A stretch of 64,000 bases of DNA from an uncultured Collinsella sp. (GCA_902474885.1 CABRXF010000003.1:33062-97061); one strand, 5' to 3'; shown: positions 28,649-39,353, counted from the first letter of the stretch. Notes: generated by a model from the sequence alone, not told the origin. Made by a program: numbers and translations.

Positions 28649-28856
28649 GGACGCTCCTTTTCTGCCGGCAGCAGGGGACACTCCTTGGCAATCGACGCAT
28701 AGGCGTTCCGACGTTCCGACATACAGTTTTTCGATTCCGTATGTATATATGCGCGCCAATGGGTTATAAAATCTAAGTCTGAACATAGCAGGTCTGCGAT
28801 GCGGCTCGGGCAACCGGGCCGTTTTTGCGGGCAGGGGTAGCGCGAAAGGACTGCAC

Positions 28857-30881
28857 ATGCGTCAATTTAAGACCGAGAGCAAAAAACTGCTCGACCTCAT
28901 GATCAACTCCATCTACACCAATAAGGAAATCTTCCTGCGCGAGCTTATCTCCAACGCGAGCGATGCCGTCGACAAGCTCAACTTTAAGAGCCTGCAGGAT
29001 CAGAGCGTCAAGCTCGACCAGGGCGACCTGGCCATTCGCGTCTCTTTCGATAAAGATGCCCGCACCATCACCATCTCGGATAACGGTATCGGCATGACCG
29101 CCGAGGAGCTCGAGCGCAACCTGGGTACCATCGCCCATTCCGGCTCCGAGGAGTTTAAGACCGAGAACGCCGAGCAGCAGGGTTCCGATGTCGACATCAT
29201 CGGCCAGTTTGGCGTTGGTTTCTACTCCGCCTTTATGGTTGCCAGCCACGTGAAGGTCGTCAGCCGCGCTTATGGCGAGGATACCGCCCACGTTTGGGAG
29301 TCCGACGGTCTTGAGGGCTACACCATCGAGGATGGCGAGCGTGCTGAGCACGGTACCGACGTTATCCTGACGCTGCGCGAGAACGAGAAGCTCGACGCCG
29401 ACGGCGAGGCCGAGACCTACGACCGCTTCCTGACCGAGTGGGGCCTCAAGAGCCTGATTCAGCAGTACAGCAACTATGTGCGCTACCCGATTCAGATGAT
29501 GGTGAGCAAGAGCCGCCAGAAGCCCAAGCCCGAGGACGCGCCGGACGATTACAAGCCCGAGTACGAGGACTATCAGGAGCTCGAGACCATCAACTCCATG
29601 ACGCCGATCTGGAAAAAGCGCAGCTCCGACGTTGAGCAGAAGGATTACGACGAGTTCTACAAGTCCACGTTCCACGACTTTGACGATCCCGCGCGCACTA
29701 TCAGCTTCCATGCCGAGGGCACGCTTGAGTACGATGCACTGCTGTTTGTGCCGGGTCGCGCCCCGTTCGATCTGTACAGCAAGGACTACGAGAAGGGCCT
29801 GGCGCTCTATAGCTCCAACGTGCTGATTATGGAGAAGTGCGACGACCTGCTGCCCGACTACTACAACTTTGTGCGCGGTGTCGTGGACTCTGCCGACGTG
29901 ACGCTCAATATTTCGCGTGAGACGCTGCAGCAGAATCGTCAGCTCAAGGCCATTGCCAAGCGTGTCGAGAAGAAGATCACCGCCGATCTCGAGGACATGC
30001 GCGACAACGACCGCGAGGCATACGAGAAGTTCTTTGAGAACTTTGGTCGCGGTCTTAAGTACGGCATCTACTCGAGCTATGGCATGAAGGCCGATGAGCT
30101 CGCCGACCTGCTGCTGTTCTGGTCTGCCAAGGAGCAGAAGATGATCACCCTTGCCGAGTATGCCAAGGGCATGCCCGAGGGCCAGAAGGCAATCTACTAT
30201 GCCGCCGGCGATTCGCGCGAGCGTTTGGCCAAGATGCCTGTCGTGAAGGGCGTGCTCGACCGCGGCTACGATGTACTGCTGCTGACGCAGGACGTGGATG
30301 AGTTCACCTTCCAGGCCATGCGTGAGTACGTGGCTGCCGATATGCCCAAGGTCTACGAGGATGACGCTGCTCGCGAGGCTGCCGAGAAGGCAGTTGCCGA
30401 TGGTGCCGAGCCTGAGGTCGAGGATCGTCACCTGGAGCTCAAGAACGTCGCGACCGGCGATCTTGACTTGGCGACCGATGACGAGAAGAAGGAGGCCGAG
30501 GACGCCACCAAGGAGAACGAGGACCTCTTTAACGCCATGAAGGAGGCGCTCGGCGACAAGGTCGAGAAGGTTGCCGTCTCCGCGCGCCTGACTGACGCTC
30601 CCGCCTGCATCACCACCGAGGGTCCGCTTTCGCTCGAGATGGAGAAGGTGCTTCAGAAGGGTCCCGAGGGCGCGCCCGACGGTATGCCCAAGAGCCAGCG
30701 CGTGCTCGAGCTCAACGCTAAGCACCCGGTCTTCGCCAAGCTCGTCGCTGCCCAGAAGGCGGGCGACGCCGACAAGATCAAGCAGTACTCCGGCCTGCTC
30801 TACGACCAGGCCCTGCTCATCGAGGGCATCCTCCCCGAGGACCCCGTAGCCTTCGCGGCAGCTGTTTGCGAGCTTATGTAA
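28857..30881 (+). CDS. htpG: Molecular chaperone HtpG (Hsp90)
   Basis: YTNKEIFLRELISNASDAVDKL signature, GTIAHSGS, and a charged linker. 674 aa. Confidence 0.9.
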   Translation: MRQFKTESKKLLDLMINSIYTNKEIFLRELISNASDAVDKLNFKSLQDQSVKLDQGDLAIRVSFDKDARTITISDNGIGMTAEELERNLGTIAHSGSEEFKTENAEQQGSDVDIIGQFGVGFYSAFMVASHVKVVSRAYGEDTAHVWESDGLEGYTIEDGERAEHGTDVILTLRENEKLDADGEAETYDRFLTEWGLKSLIQQYSNYVRYPIQMMVSKSRQKPKPEDAPDDYKPEYEDYQELETINSMTPIWKKRSSDVEQKDYDEFYKSTFHDFDDPARTISFHAEGTLEYDALLFVPGRAPFDLYSKDYEKGLALYSSNVLIMEKCDDLLPDYYNFVRGVVDSADVTLNISRETLQQNRQLKAIAKRVEKKITADLEDMRDNDREAYEKFFENFGRGLKYGIYSSYGMKADELADLLLFWSAKEQKMITLAEYAKGMPEGQKAIYYAAGDSRERLAKMPVVKGVLDRGYDVLLLTQDVDEFTFQAMREYVAADMPKVYEDDAAREAAEKAVADGAEPEVEDRHLELKNVATGDLDLATDDEKKEAEDATKENEDLFNAMKEALGDKVEKVAVSARLTDAPACITTEGPLSLEMEKVLQKGPEGAPDGMPKSQRVLELNAKHPVFAKLVAAQKAGDADKIKQYSGLLYDQALLIEGILPEDPVAFAAAVCELM

Positions 30882-31065
30882 TTGGTTCCGCCGTTCTGCC
30901 GAACGGCGGACCGGCTGACGCTGCAAACGCCCCTAAGCGGCAATCTGACGTTCAATCGTCGGTCGCGTACTGAAGTACGCTTCCCTCCTCTTTCACGTCA
31001 CCTTGCTCGCTTAGGGGCGTTTTCGCTGACTTATGCTCAACCTGCGACGCTTTCGTGGCCCTAAG

Positions 31066-31121
31066 TAGTCATTGGGGACGTTCTTGTTTGGCTAGTCGTT
31101 TAAGAACGTCCCCAATGACTA
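31066..31121. repeat. Perfect 20-bp inverted repeat (TAGTCATTGGGGACGTTCTT ... AAGAACGTCCCCAATGACTA) with a 16-nt loop
   Basis: Read directly from sequence. Lies upstream of the first YhgE/Pip gene. Confidence 0.7.
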
Positions 31122-31310
31122 GTCGAACTGCTAGTTTGTGCGGGTTGTGGTTTTGTGAGCTGCGGGAATTTAAGATACTGTACAACTGTACGCTAACTCA
31201 TCTTCGTAGTATATTGCTACCCGCAAAACTCCGCACCATTGTGCTGTGAGACGCTAAAGTGCCTTCGTACAATGGTTGTTAATAGCACGATTCGGCTAAA
31301 CGATAGGATG

Positions 31311-34097
31311 GATGGTCCAAGCGTGAGTCTCGGCAGCAAACTATCCGATGCAAAGGTTTCCTTTGCAATCTTTAAACGCGACATCAAGCGATTGATCGTG
31401 AATCCCGTCGCCCTGGTGGTTACCCTGGGCGTGTGCGTCATTCCCTCGCTGTATGCCTGGTACAACATCGTTGCCAACTGGGATCCGTACGGAAATACCC
31501 AGGGCATTAAAATCGCCATCGCCAACAACGATCAGGGCACCCAGAACGACCTAGTGGGCGAGCTTAACGCAGGCGATAAGGTGGTCGACCAGCTCAAGGA
31601 GAACGACCAGCTTGGCTGGACTTTCGTCGACTCGGCGGCAGATGCCAAAGAGAGCGTCGAAAGTGGCGAGTACTATGCTGCCATCGTGATTCCCAAGAAC
31701 TTCTCCGACAATCTCGTCTCGATGCTCGACGGCAATTACCATCAGCCGAAGCTCACCTATTACGTCAACGAGAAAAAGAGCGCCATTGCGCCCAAGGTCA
31801 CCGATACCGGTGCCAACACCATCGAGGAGCAGATCAACTCGGAATTTGTCTCCACGGTGGGCGAGACCGTCGCGGGCATTGCCAAAGATGCTGGCATCGA
31901 CCTTAAAGACAAGGCAACCCAGACCCAGGATTCGCTGGCGGGCTCGGTGTCCGAGGCGTCTGATACCCTGGGCGAAGTACGTGATTCCATCGGCGACATG
32001 AACGCCGCCATCGACAAGACAAGCAGCTCGATTGCTTCGGCCGATGCTGCGTTGGCGGGCCTGCAGGGACAGGCGCCTTCGCTAACGCAGGCAATCGCTC
32101 AGGGTAATGATCTGCTGGGCGAAGCTCGCACCACGGCTGGCAAGTCCATCACCTCGCTCTCCAAGGCACTTTCGGAGGGCAGCATCGTGCTGAGTAAGAC
32201 ATCGGCTTCTGCGAACGCCGCGATTGGCAGGCTTACCGGTACGGTTACGTCCACGACCACCCGAATCGACAACTCGCTCGAATCCCTTCAGGCGACGATT
32301 GACCACAACAGCGCTGTCATCGAGCGCCTGCAGATTCTCGCTAACGATACGTCGACGGGATCGGAGAACGCCGACGCGCTCATCGCGTCGACCATCAATT
32401 CGCTTCGCGAGCAAAACCAGAAGCTGCAGAGCATTAAGGATGGCCTTTCTGCACAGTCGAGCGCCATGGCAAACGACGCTACGGCAATCTCGAACGCGAG
32501 CAACGCGCTTAACGCGGCAATTCAGACCGGTACGGCTAACCTCGGTCAGGCTCAGACCGATCTGGGGCAGAACGCACTGCCGAAGGCTTCGGGCGCGCTT
32601 GACTCCTTTGCCGCCGTTTCGGGCGATTTGACCGGCATTGTGTCGGGTATGACCCCCACGATAGCGAGCGCGCGCGGCACGCTGGCGCAGCTCGACGCCA
32701 CGCTCAAGCAGGCAAAGACCACGCTGTCCCAAACCGACACCTCCCTTGCCAAGGTTCAGGACAAGCTCGCGACCGCCGCCAATGACATTGCGGCGCTGCA
32801 GACCTCTGAGTCTATGGGCGAGTTAGCCGACCTCATGGACGTCGACGTCGATGACGTGGCAGATTTCATGGCATCTCCGGTTGAGCTGACGTCCAAGTCC
32901 ATCTATCCGGTCAAGAGCTTTGGCTCGGGCATCGCGCCCTTCTACACCAATCTGGCGCTGTGGGTAGGCGGCTATGTGCTCATCGCTATCTACAAACTCG
33001 AGGTCGACCGCGAGGGCATCGGTAGCTTTACGGCGCGTCAGGGCTACTTTGGCCGCTGGTTGCTGCTGGTGATCCTGGGCGCGTTCCAGGCCATTATCGT
33101 TACGGTGGGCGACCTGGTCATTGGCGTTCAGTGCGTCAATCCGCTGCTCTTTGTGCTGGGCGGCATCGCTATCTCGTTCACCTACGTCAACATCATCTAT
33201 GCGTTGTCCACCACGTTTAAGCATATCGGTAAGGCAATTGGCGTCATCCTCGTCATTGTGCAGATTCCCGGCTCGTCGGGTATGTATCCCATCGAGATGA
33301 TGCCCGGCTTCTTCCAGTGGCTGCACCCGCTGCTGCCCTTCACCTATGGCATCAACCTGCTGCGCGAGACCGTCGGTGGCATGTATTCGTTCAACTACCT
33401 GTTTAACCTGTGCATCCTGGGCGTGTTCCTTATCATCGCGCTCTTTATCGGTCTGCAGCTGCGCCCGTTGCTGCTCAACCTCAACCTGCTCTTTGATAAG
33501 CAGCTTTCCACGACGGGCCTCATGATCTGCGAGTCCAACGACCTGCCGCGCCAGCGCTATTCGCTGCGCACGGCCATGCGCGTCGTGCTCGATTCCGATT
33601 CGTACCGTCGCGAGGTGCTCGACCATGCCGTGGCGTTTGAGCATCGCTACCCCTACTACATCAAGGGCGGTTTTGCCGCTGTGGTAGGCGTGCAGGTTCT
33701 GCTCTTTGTGCTTTCGACAGTGCTCGATATCGACAATAACGGCAAGATCATCCTGCTGGTCATCTGGATTGTCTCGGTCATTGCCATCTGCGGCTGGCTT
33801 ATCAATATCGAATATATCCGCGCGAGCCTCAATACCCAGATGCGCATCTCGGCGCTTTCGGACGAGGACCTTCGCCGCGAGATGCGCGAGCACACGGCTG
33901 CCATCCCTGCCGCCCGTCGCATGTTTGGTCTCAACGCCAGCGAGCGGGGCACCAAGGACAGCGAACAGCCCACGAGCCGTCTGCCGCATATCGGTGCGCA
34001 TCGTAAGGTTCAAGATGCCGACGGCGTTGACAACGTAAACGGAAACGACGGGGACACCGCCCCGCTCGGCAAGCACTCCAAAGGAGGTGAGGCATAA
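31311..34097 (+). CDS. YhgE/Pip domain membrane protein (phage infection protein / EsaA-like)
   Basis: N-terminal FKRDIKRL...VIPSLYAWYNIVANWDPYGNT...YYAAIVIPKNFS, a long Ala/Ser/Thr-rich helical ectodomain, and C-terminal transmembrane helices (ABC-2-like). The start is uncertain: the ORF opens at 31239 and ATG 31311 was chosen. Confidence 0.7.
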   Translation, partial: DGPSVSLGSKLSDAKVSFAIFKRDIKRLIVNPVALVVTLGVCVIPSLYAWYNIVANWDPYGNTQGIKIAIANNDQGTQNDLVGELNAGDKVVDQLKENDQLGWTFVDSAADAKESVESGEYYAAIVIPKNFSDNLVSMLDGNYHQPKLTYYVNEKKSAIAPKVTDTGANTIEEQINSEFVSTVGETVAGIAKDAGIDLKDKATQTQDSLAGSVSEASDTLGEVRDSIGDMNAAIDKTSSSIASADAALAGLQGQAPSLTQAIAQGNDLLGEARTTAGKSITSLSKALSEGSIVLSKTSASANAAIGRLTGTVTSTTTRIDNSLESLQATIDHNSAVIERLQILANDTSTGSENADALIASTINSLREQNQKLQSIKDGLSAQSSAMANDATAISNASNALNAAIQTGTANLGQAQTDLGQNALPKASGALDSFAAVSGDLTGIVSGMTPTIASARGTLAQLDATLKQAKTTLSQTDTSLAKVQDKLATAANDIAALQTSESMGELADLMDVDVDDVADFMASPVELTSKSIYPVKSFGSGIAPFYTNLALWVGGYVLIAIYKLEVDREGIGSFTARQGYFGRWLLLVILGAFQAIIVTVGDLVIGVQCVNPLLFVLGGIAISFTYVNIIYALSTTFKHIGKAIGVILVIVQIPGSSGMYPIEMMPGFFQWLHPLLPFTYGINLLRETVGGMYSFNYLFNLCILGVFLIIALFIGLQLRPLLLNLNLLFDKQLSTTGLMICESNDLPRQRYSLRTAMRVVLDSDSYRREVLDHAVAFEHRYPYYIKGGFAAVVGVQVLLFVLSTVLDIDNNGKIILLVIWIVSVIAICGWLINIEYIRASLNTQMRISALSDEDLRREMREHTAAIPAARRMFGLNASERGTKDSEQPTSRLPHIGAHRKVQDADGVDNVNGNDGDTAPLGKHSKGGEA

Positions 34098-36287
34098 ATG
34101 AAAAACATCCTGCACCTGTTTAAGCGCGATGTCCAAAACGTGTCTCGCTCCGTGATCGGCATGGTCGTCGTGATGGGCCTCATTATCGTGCCGTGCCTGT
34201 ACGCGTGGTTTAACATCGCCGGTAGCTGGGATCCCTACGGCAATACCGGCAACCTTAAGATCGCCGTGGTCAACACCGACGAGGGCTACGAGAGTGATCT
34301 GATTCCCGTCGAGGTCAACGTGGGCGAAAACGTAACCGCCACTCTGCGCGGCAACGAGAACTTCGACTGGGTCGTTCTCAACGACCGCGATAAGGCGATT
34401 GAGGGCGTTAAGTCGGGCGCGTACTACGCTGCCGTCGTTATCCCTAAAACGTTTAGCGCCGACATGATGACGCTTTTCTCGACCGAGGTGAAGCACGCCG
34501 ATATCGAGTTCTATGAGAACCAGAAGGCCAACGCCATCGCACAGATTGTGACCGAGAAAGGCTCGAGCGCCGTCCAGAGTCAGGTCAACGAGACCTTTAC
34601 CGAAACCATCACGACCATCGGCCTTAAGACCGTGTCCAGCCTGCTCGACTATATGAGTACCGACCAGGTGGGCAACTTTATCGCCAATCTGTCCTCTACG
34701 CTGGGCGATTCGGTCGAGGACCTGCAGGACGTTCAGGCGAGCGCGACGTCGCTTGCGGGCATTTTGAGCTCTACGTCCGATTCACTGACATCGGCGGGCG
34801 GCATGCTCAAGCAGACGGGCACCGTTGATGAGTCGACGAAGCAGCTGATGGAGCACGCTAAGAGCGGCATCAATGATTCCAAGGAAGCGCTCAAGGCCGC
34901 CAACGATGCCGTTAACGCGGCGATTGACGGAAGCGCGGGTTCGTTCGACAACGTCTCCGCCGAGCTTGCGAAGGCATTCGACGCAGCGAATCAGCATGTT
35001 GACCTTACGGTATCTCAGCTCAACGAAGCCGCGGCGGCACTCAATACGCGTGCTGACGATATCGATGCGATGGCCGATCGGCTCCGCAACCTAGCCGACC
35101 AGGTGAGTGATGACAAGCTCAAAGACGGCCTCAAGTCCGCTGCGACGTCGCTGGGCAGAATTGCCGTGGAGTACCGCAACAATGCGAAAGACCTGACGGC
35201 GACCGCAAAGTCCCTTTCGGACAGCATGGCGGAGGTCAACAACTCGCGTGCCGAGGTCGACCAGGCCATCGCCGATGCCAAGGCGGGTATCTCGGGTGCC
35301 AAGTCCGACTACGATTCTACGTTTTCGGTCAAGGCCAAGGAGCTCAAGAAGACCATTTCGGGCGTTCTGGATTCCCTGAACGGTATCTCGGGCGACTTGG
35401 ATAGCGCCGTGAGCGGTCTGACCGACGCTTCTGGTTCGCTCGCGAAGGGTCTCTCCAAGGCTGCAAAGCTCGTCAACAAGGCTTCCGATCAGCTGGGCGA
35501 GGCGTCGGACAAGATCAGTGCCTTTAAGGACGAGCTTGATAGCGCTCTGATCTCGGGTGACCTGGCCACGATCAAGACGATGATCGGCAACGACCCCGAG
35601 GGTCTGGCCGTGTCGCTTTCCGGCCCCGTCGCGCTCGACCGCAAGCCGGTCTATCCGATCCGCAACTACGGCTCGGCCATGGCGCCGTTCTATACGATTT
35701 TGTCGCTGTGGGTGGGCTCGATTGTTCTGGCGGCCATGATGAAGGTCTCGGTTGACGATGAGCTTATCAACGAGCTCATTCCCGTGCGCCTGCACGAGAT
35801 CTACCTGGGCCGTTATCTGTTCTTTGGCGGTCTGGCCTTGCTGCAGGCGACGCTCGTGTGCGCGGGCGACATTCTGTTCTTTGGCATCCAGTGCGACAAC
35901 CCGTTGCAGTTTGTGCTGGCGGGCTGGGTTGCGAGTCTCGTGTTCTCCAATATCGTCTACACGCTTACGGTTTCGTTTGGCGATATCGGCAAGGCCCTCG
36001 CTGTCGTGCTGCTGGTCATGCAGGTCGGCGGTTCGGGTGGCACGTTCCCCATCGAGATGACCGGTCCCGTGTTCCAGGCGATCTATCCGTTCCTGCCGTT
36101 TACCCACGGCATCAACGCCATGCACGCCGCCATGGCCGGTGCCTACTATATGGAGTACTGGGTTGAGCTGGGTATTCTGGCGAGCTATCTGATTCCGTCG
36201 CTGGCCCTGGGCGTCGTCTTCCGCCGCCCGGTCATCAAAGCCAACGACTGGATTATCGAAAAGCTGGAATCAACAAAGTTGATTTAG
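34098..36287 (+). CDS. YhgE/Pip domain membrane protein, a paralogue of the upstream gene
   Basis: Same architecture (FKRDVQNV...VPCLYAWFNIAGSWDPYGNT...YYAAVVIPKTFS, then a helical ectodomain, then C-terminal transmembrane helices). Starts 1 nt after the upstream stop. Confidence 0.7.
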   Translation: MKNILHLFKRDVQNVSRSVIGMVVVMGLIIVPCLYAWFNIAGSWDPYGNTGNLKIAVVNTDEGYESDLIPVEVNVGENVTATLRGNENFDWVVLNDRDKAIEGVKSGAYYAAVVIPKTFSADMMTLFSTEVKHADIEFYENQKANAIAQIVTEKGSSAVQSQVNETFTETITTIGLKTVSSLLDYMSTDQVGNFIANLSSTLGDSVEDLQDVQASATSLAGILSSTSDSLTSAGGMLKQTGTVDESTKQLMEHAKSGINDSKEALKAANDAVNAAIDGSAGSFDNVSAELAKAFDAANQHVDLTVSQLNEAAAALNTRADDIDAMADRLRNLADQVSDDKLKDGLKSAATSLGRIAVEYRNNAKDLTATAKSLSDSMAEVNNSRAEVDQAIADAKAGISGAKSDYDSTFSVKAKELKKTISGVLDSLNGISGDLDSAVSGLTDASGSLAKGLSKAAKLVNKASDQLGEASDKISAFKDELDSALISGDLATIKTMIGNDPEGLAVSLSGPVALDRKPVYPIRNYGSAMAPFYTILSLWVGSIVLAAMMKVSVDDELINELIPVRLHEIYLGRYLFFGGLALLQATLVCAGDILFFGIQCDNPLQFVLAGWVASLVFSNIVYTLTVSFGDIGKALAVVLLVMQVGGSGGTFPIEMTGPVFQAIYPFLPFTHGINAMHAAMAGAYYMEYWVELGILASYLIPSLALGVVFRRPVIKANDWIIEKLESTKLI

Positions 36288-36486
36288 CACAACAGCGTGG
36301 CGTTGCCGGGACATCGATGTCTTCCTGCTCGATGCTTTAGCGTAGTGGATTGCACGGGCTGCTTGGTTGTTGCTACAGTAGCGGGGCGTGCCGGGGGTCC
36401 GGTGCGCCCTGTTTTATTTGACCATGAGGCGGCACGCAGCCATACGCGTGCGGACACCACGCCCAGATTGAGTGCGAGGATGTTCC

Positions 36487-37470
36487 ATGGCCCAATACGC
36501 TGCCAACGAAATCGAAAACTTGCCCGATAGCCCAGTGGCCCGTGAGGATTTGGGCGCGGGCGGTATTCCCCGGGGCGCCGGCGCGCGCTCTCCGCTGTTC
36601 TGGAAGGTTCTGCTCCTTTCGGTGGCGGTCATCTGGGGCTACTCCTTTACCACTATGAAGGACGCACTCGGCACCATTCCGGTGTTCGCGCTGCTCTATG
36701 TACGTTTTCTGCCCGCAGCGTTGGTCATGTTTGCCGTCTTCCACAAGCGCATCATCGCGCACCTCAACGCTCGCAACCTGATCGTTGGCCTGAGTATGGG
36801 CGTGCTCATGTGGGCGGCCTATGCGTTGCAGACGGTCGGTCTGGCACATACTACGGCGGGCAAGAATGCTTTTTTGACGGGCACGTATTGCATCCTTGTG
36901 CCGTTCGCGAGCTATTTCCTGAGCGGCGAAAAGCTCACGCGCTACAACTTGGGTGCCGCGCTGCTGTGCCTAGCGGGCATTGGCCTCGTCGCACTCGATA
37001 GCGTTGAATTCAACATTGGTGACGTCATTACGCTGGCGGGTGCGGCCTTTTTCGCCATCCAGATGGCGGTGACTGCCAAGTACGGTCGCAAAATGGACAT
37101 CAACGTCATCACGTTTTGGATGTTTGTGGGCAACGGCGTGCTGAGCCTGGCAACGTCGCTGCTATTCGAGACCCAAGCGCCTCTGTCCGTGTGGACGCCG
37201 AGCTTTATCGGTGCGATGGCGTTTCTCTCGGTGGGCTGCACATGCGCGGCTCTGCTCATCCAAAACGTCGGCCTGGCGCATGTCCCGGCCTCGACGGGCT
37301 CGCTGCTCCTTTCGATGGAGTCGCCTTCGGGTGTGCTGTTCTCGGTGCTGCTGATGGGGGAGGCGCTCACCTCGCGCCTGCTCGCCGGCTTCGCGCTCAT
37401 CTTCCTGTCGATTATCTTGAGCGAGACTCACTTCGATTTTTTGCGTCGAAAGCCGCGCCCGCAATTGTAA
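36487..37470 (+). CDS. DMT superfamily (EamA-like) transporter
   Basis: About 10 transmembrane helices and two EamA repeats (VIWGYSFTTMK... and ...LLMGEALTS). Exact start uncertain. Confidence 0.7.
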   Translation: MAQYAANEIENLPDSPVAREDLGAGGIPRGAGARSPLFWKVLLLSVAVIWGYSFTTMKDALGTIPVFALLYVRFLPAALVMFAVFHKRIIAHLNARNLIVGLSMGVLMWAAYALQTVGLAHTTAGKNAFLTGTYCILVPFASYFLSGEKLTRYNLGAALLCLAGIGLVALDSVEFNIGDVITLAGAAFFAIQMAVTAKYGRKMDINVITFWMFVGNGVLSLATSLLFETQAPLSVWTPSFIGAMAFLSVGCTCAALLIQNVGLAHVPASTGSLLLSMESPSGVLFSVLLMGEALTSRLLAGFALIFLSIILSETHFDFLRRKPRPQL

Positions 37471-37586
37471 ACAACTTGTTGCGCCGCCCTCCCGGGGCGG
37501 CATTTTTTATGCCTCGCCCTTAAAGTAGTACCTTGCACTTTACGCTATCAAAGTGCTTGCTGCAAAAACGATACTGGAGGGCATCT

Positions 37587-38882
37587 ATGGCACCAGCTTT
37601 GTCCGATCTTCAACCGCAATCAGCGCCCAAGGCCACCGCAGCGGCGCAGACCGCTATCGGTGACGGTCTTGTTGCAGAAGCTCAGGCTTTTGCAGACGAG
37701 CTCGCTGCGTGGCGACACGATCTCCACCAGATGCCCGAGCTGGGTAATAGCCTCCCACAGACCTCTGCGTATATCCAAGCGCGCCTGACCGAGATGGACA
37801 TCCCATTTGCCACGCTCGTCGATGGTTCCTGCGTTGTGGGCCTTGTCGGCGCCGGTGCCGCCGCGGCCCAGGGAAATGGCGTCTGCACGAATGAGCAGGC
37901 CGGTACGGTCGTTATGCTGCGTGGCGACATGGATGCCCTGCCCGTTACCGAGGAATCCGGCGAGCCCTTTGCATCCACCAACGGCTGCATGCACGCATGC
38001 GGACACGATATGCACGCGACGGCGTTGCTTGGTGCGGCTCGTATGCTCAAAGCACGCGAGGCAGAGCTTGTTGATGCCAACGCCACGGTTAAGTTGCTGT
38101 TCCAGCCGGGCGAGGAAACCTTTGAGGGTGCCCGCGCCGCCATCGCCGACGGTCTGCTGCAGAACCCGCGTCCTCAGGTCGCCTTTGCCATGCATGTCAA
38201 TAGCCAGTCGCCGCTTGGCCTGGTGCTTTACGGCAGTCCGGCGCTCTCGGGCGTGTACGGTTTCCGCATCACGCTGCAGGGCAAGGGCGGTCATGGCTCG
38301 AGCCCCGAGATCTGCATCGACCCCATTACGGCGGGTGTGCACGTGCATCTGGCACTTCAGGAGCTCATCTCCCGCGAGGTGCCGGCGGCCAAGGAGGTCG
38401 CACTGACCGTGGGTAAGTTTGCCGGTGGCCAAGCGGCCAACGTCATTCCAGATACCTGCGTGCTCGAAGGTACGCTGCGCGGCTTCGACGTCGAGCTCAT
38501 GGAGCACCTCAAGACCCGCATCGCGGAGGTCGTCAAAGGTGTTGCCACGACCTATCGCACGCCGGCGACTATCGAGACGCTCTCGGATGTTCCCCCGCTC
38601 GTACTCGATGACGACATGACCCAGGCGTCGCTTGGCTACGTGGGCGCGGTGCTGCCCAAGGCCGCCTTCCTGCCGCTGTTCCACGCCATGGCGAGCGAGG
38701 ACTTCGCGCTGATCTCGAGCGAGATCCCGAGCGCGTACTTTACCGTGGGCGCTGCCGTGACTGATGCGGACGAGCATTTTGCTCAGCATCATCCCAAGGC
38801 ACGCTTTAGCGATGCCGAGCTGCCGCTCGGCGCCGCGGCTTATGCGGCAGTCGCTTTGGGCTATATCGCCGACCACCGGTAG
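37587..38882 (+). CDS. M20-family amidohydrolase / peptidase (aminoacylase-like)
   Basis: MLRGDMDALPV...ACGHDMHA (metal ligands), ...QPGEETFEGA, and a dimerisation domain. GGAGGG ribosome-binding site before the ATG at 37587. Confidence 0.8.
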   Translation: MAPALSDLQPQSAPKATAAAQTAIGDGLVAEAQAFADELAAWRHDLHQMPELGNSLPQTSAYIQARLTEMDIPFATLVDGSCVVGLVGAGAAAAQGNGVCTNEQAGTVVMLRGDMDALPVTEESGEPFASTNGCMHACGHDMHATALLGAARMLKAREAELVDANATVKLLFQPGEETFEGARAAIADGLLQNPRPQVAFAMHVNSQSPLGLVLYGSPALSGVYGFRITLQGKGGHGSSPEICIDPITAGVHVHLALQELISREVPAAKEVALTVGKFAGGQAANVIPDTCVLEGTLRGFDVELMEHLKTRIAEVVKGVATTYRTPATIETLSDVPPLVLDDDMTQASLGYVGAVLPKAAFLPLFHAMASEDFALISSEIPSAYFTVGAAVTDADEHFAQHHPKARFSDAELPLGAAAYAAVALGYIADHR

Positions 38883-38891
38883 CACCCAATC

Positions 38892-39116
38892 TTGCCTTTC
38901 AAGCCTGAGGGCATGGCCATAAGGCCTATGCCCTTGTCTTTCAAGGCAATCTTGGGCACTACCGGCGCCATCGTCTCGGGCGTGCTGTTCGATGCCACGG
39001 GCTCCTTTGCGAGCGCCTGGATTGTGTGCCTGGCGTGCTCCGTGGTCATGCTCGTGTTCCTGCTGGCATCCGAGCCCATCGCCGCCAAGCTGCGCGCGAG
39101 CGTGGCGGGGGAGTAG
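38892..39116 (+). pseudogene. Probable C-terminal remnant of an MFS-type transporter (74 aa)
   Basis: Translates to only the last ~2 transmembrane helices (GAIVSGVLFDATGSFASAWIVCLACSVVMLVFLLASEP). No upstream remainder in any frame. Confidence 0.35.
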
Positions 39117-39229
39117 ACGTCCGTCGCTCTTTTCTTTTCGCCCCGTTCTGTCCTTGGCCGCCTTGGAAGCCGAATGGATGCTCGTACCATCATTCGGTTT
39201 TCAGGGCAGCCACGGGCCTACGAAATGGT

Positions 39230-39353
39230 CCCTTTTCCTCCGTCCCCAACAGATCACGTGGTCCGAAGGGGACGGAGGAAAAGGGATCACAAACAGCGGC
39301 GGCGCGTCTGACCGAACGAGTCCCCATACCCTCGTTCGGTCAGACGCGCCGCC
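39230..39353. repeat. Two adjacent long perfect hairpins: an 18-bp stem at 39230-39285 and a 23-bp stem at 39298-39353
   Basis: CCCTTTTCCTCCGTCCCC(n20)GGGGACGGAGGAAAAGGG and GGCGGCGCGTCTGACCGAACGAG(n10)CTCGTTCGGTCAGACGCGCCGCC. Confidence 0.7.
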
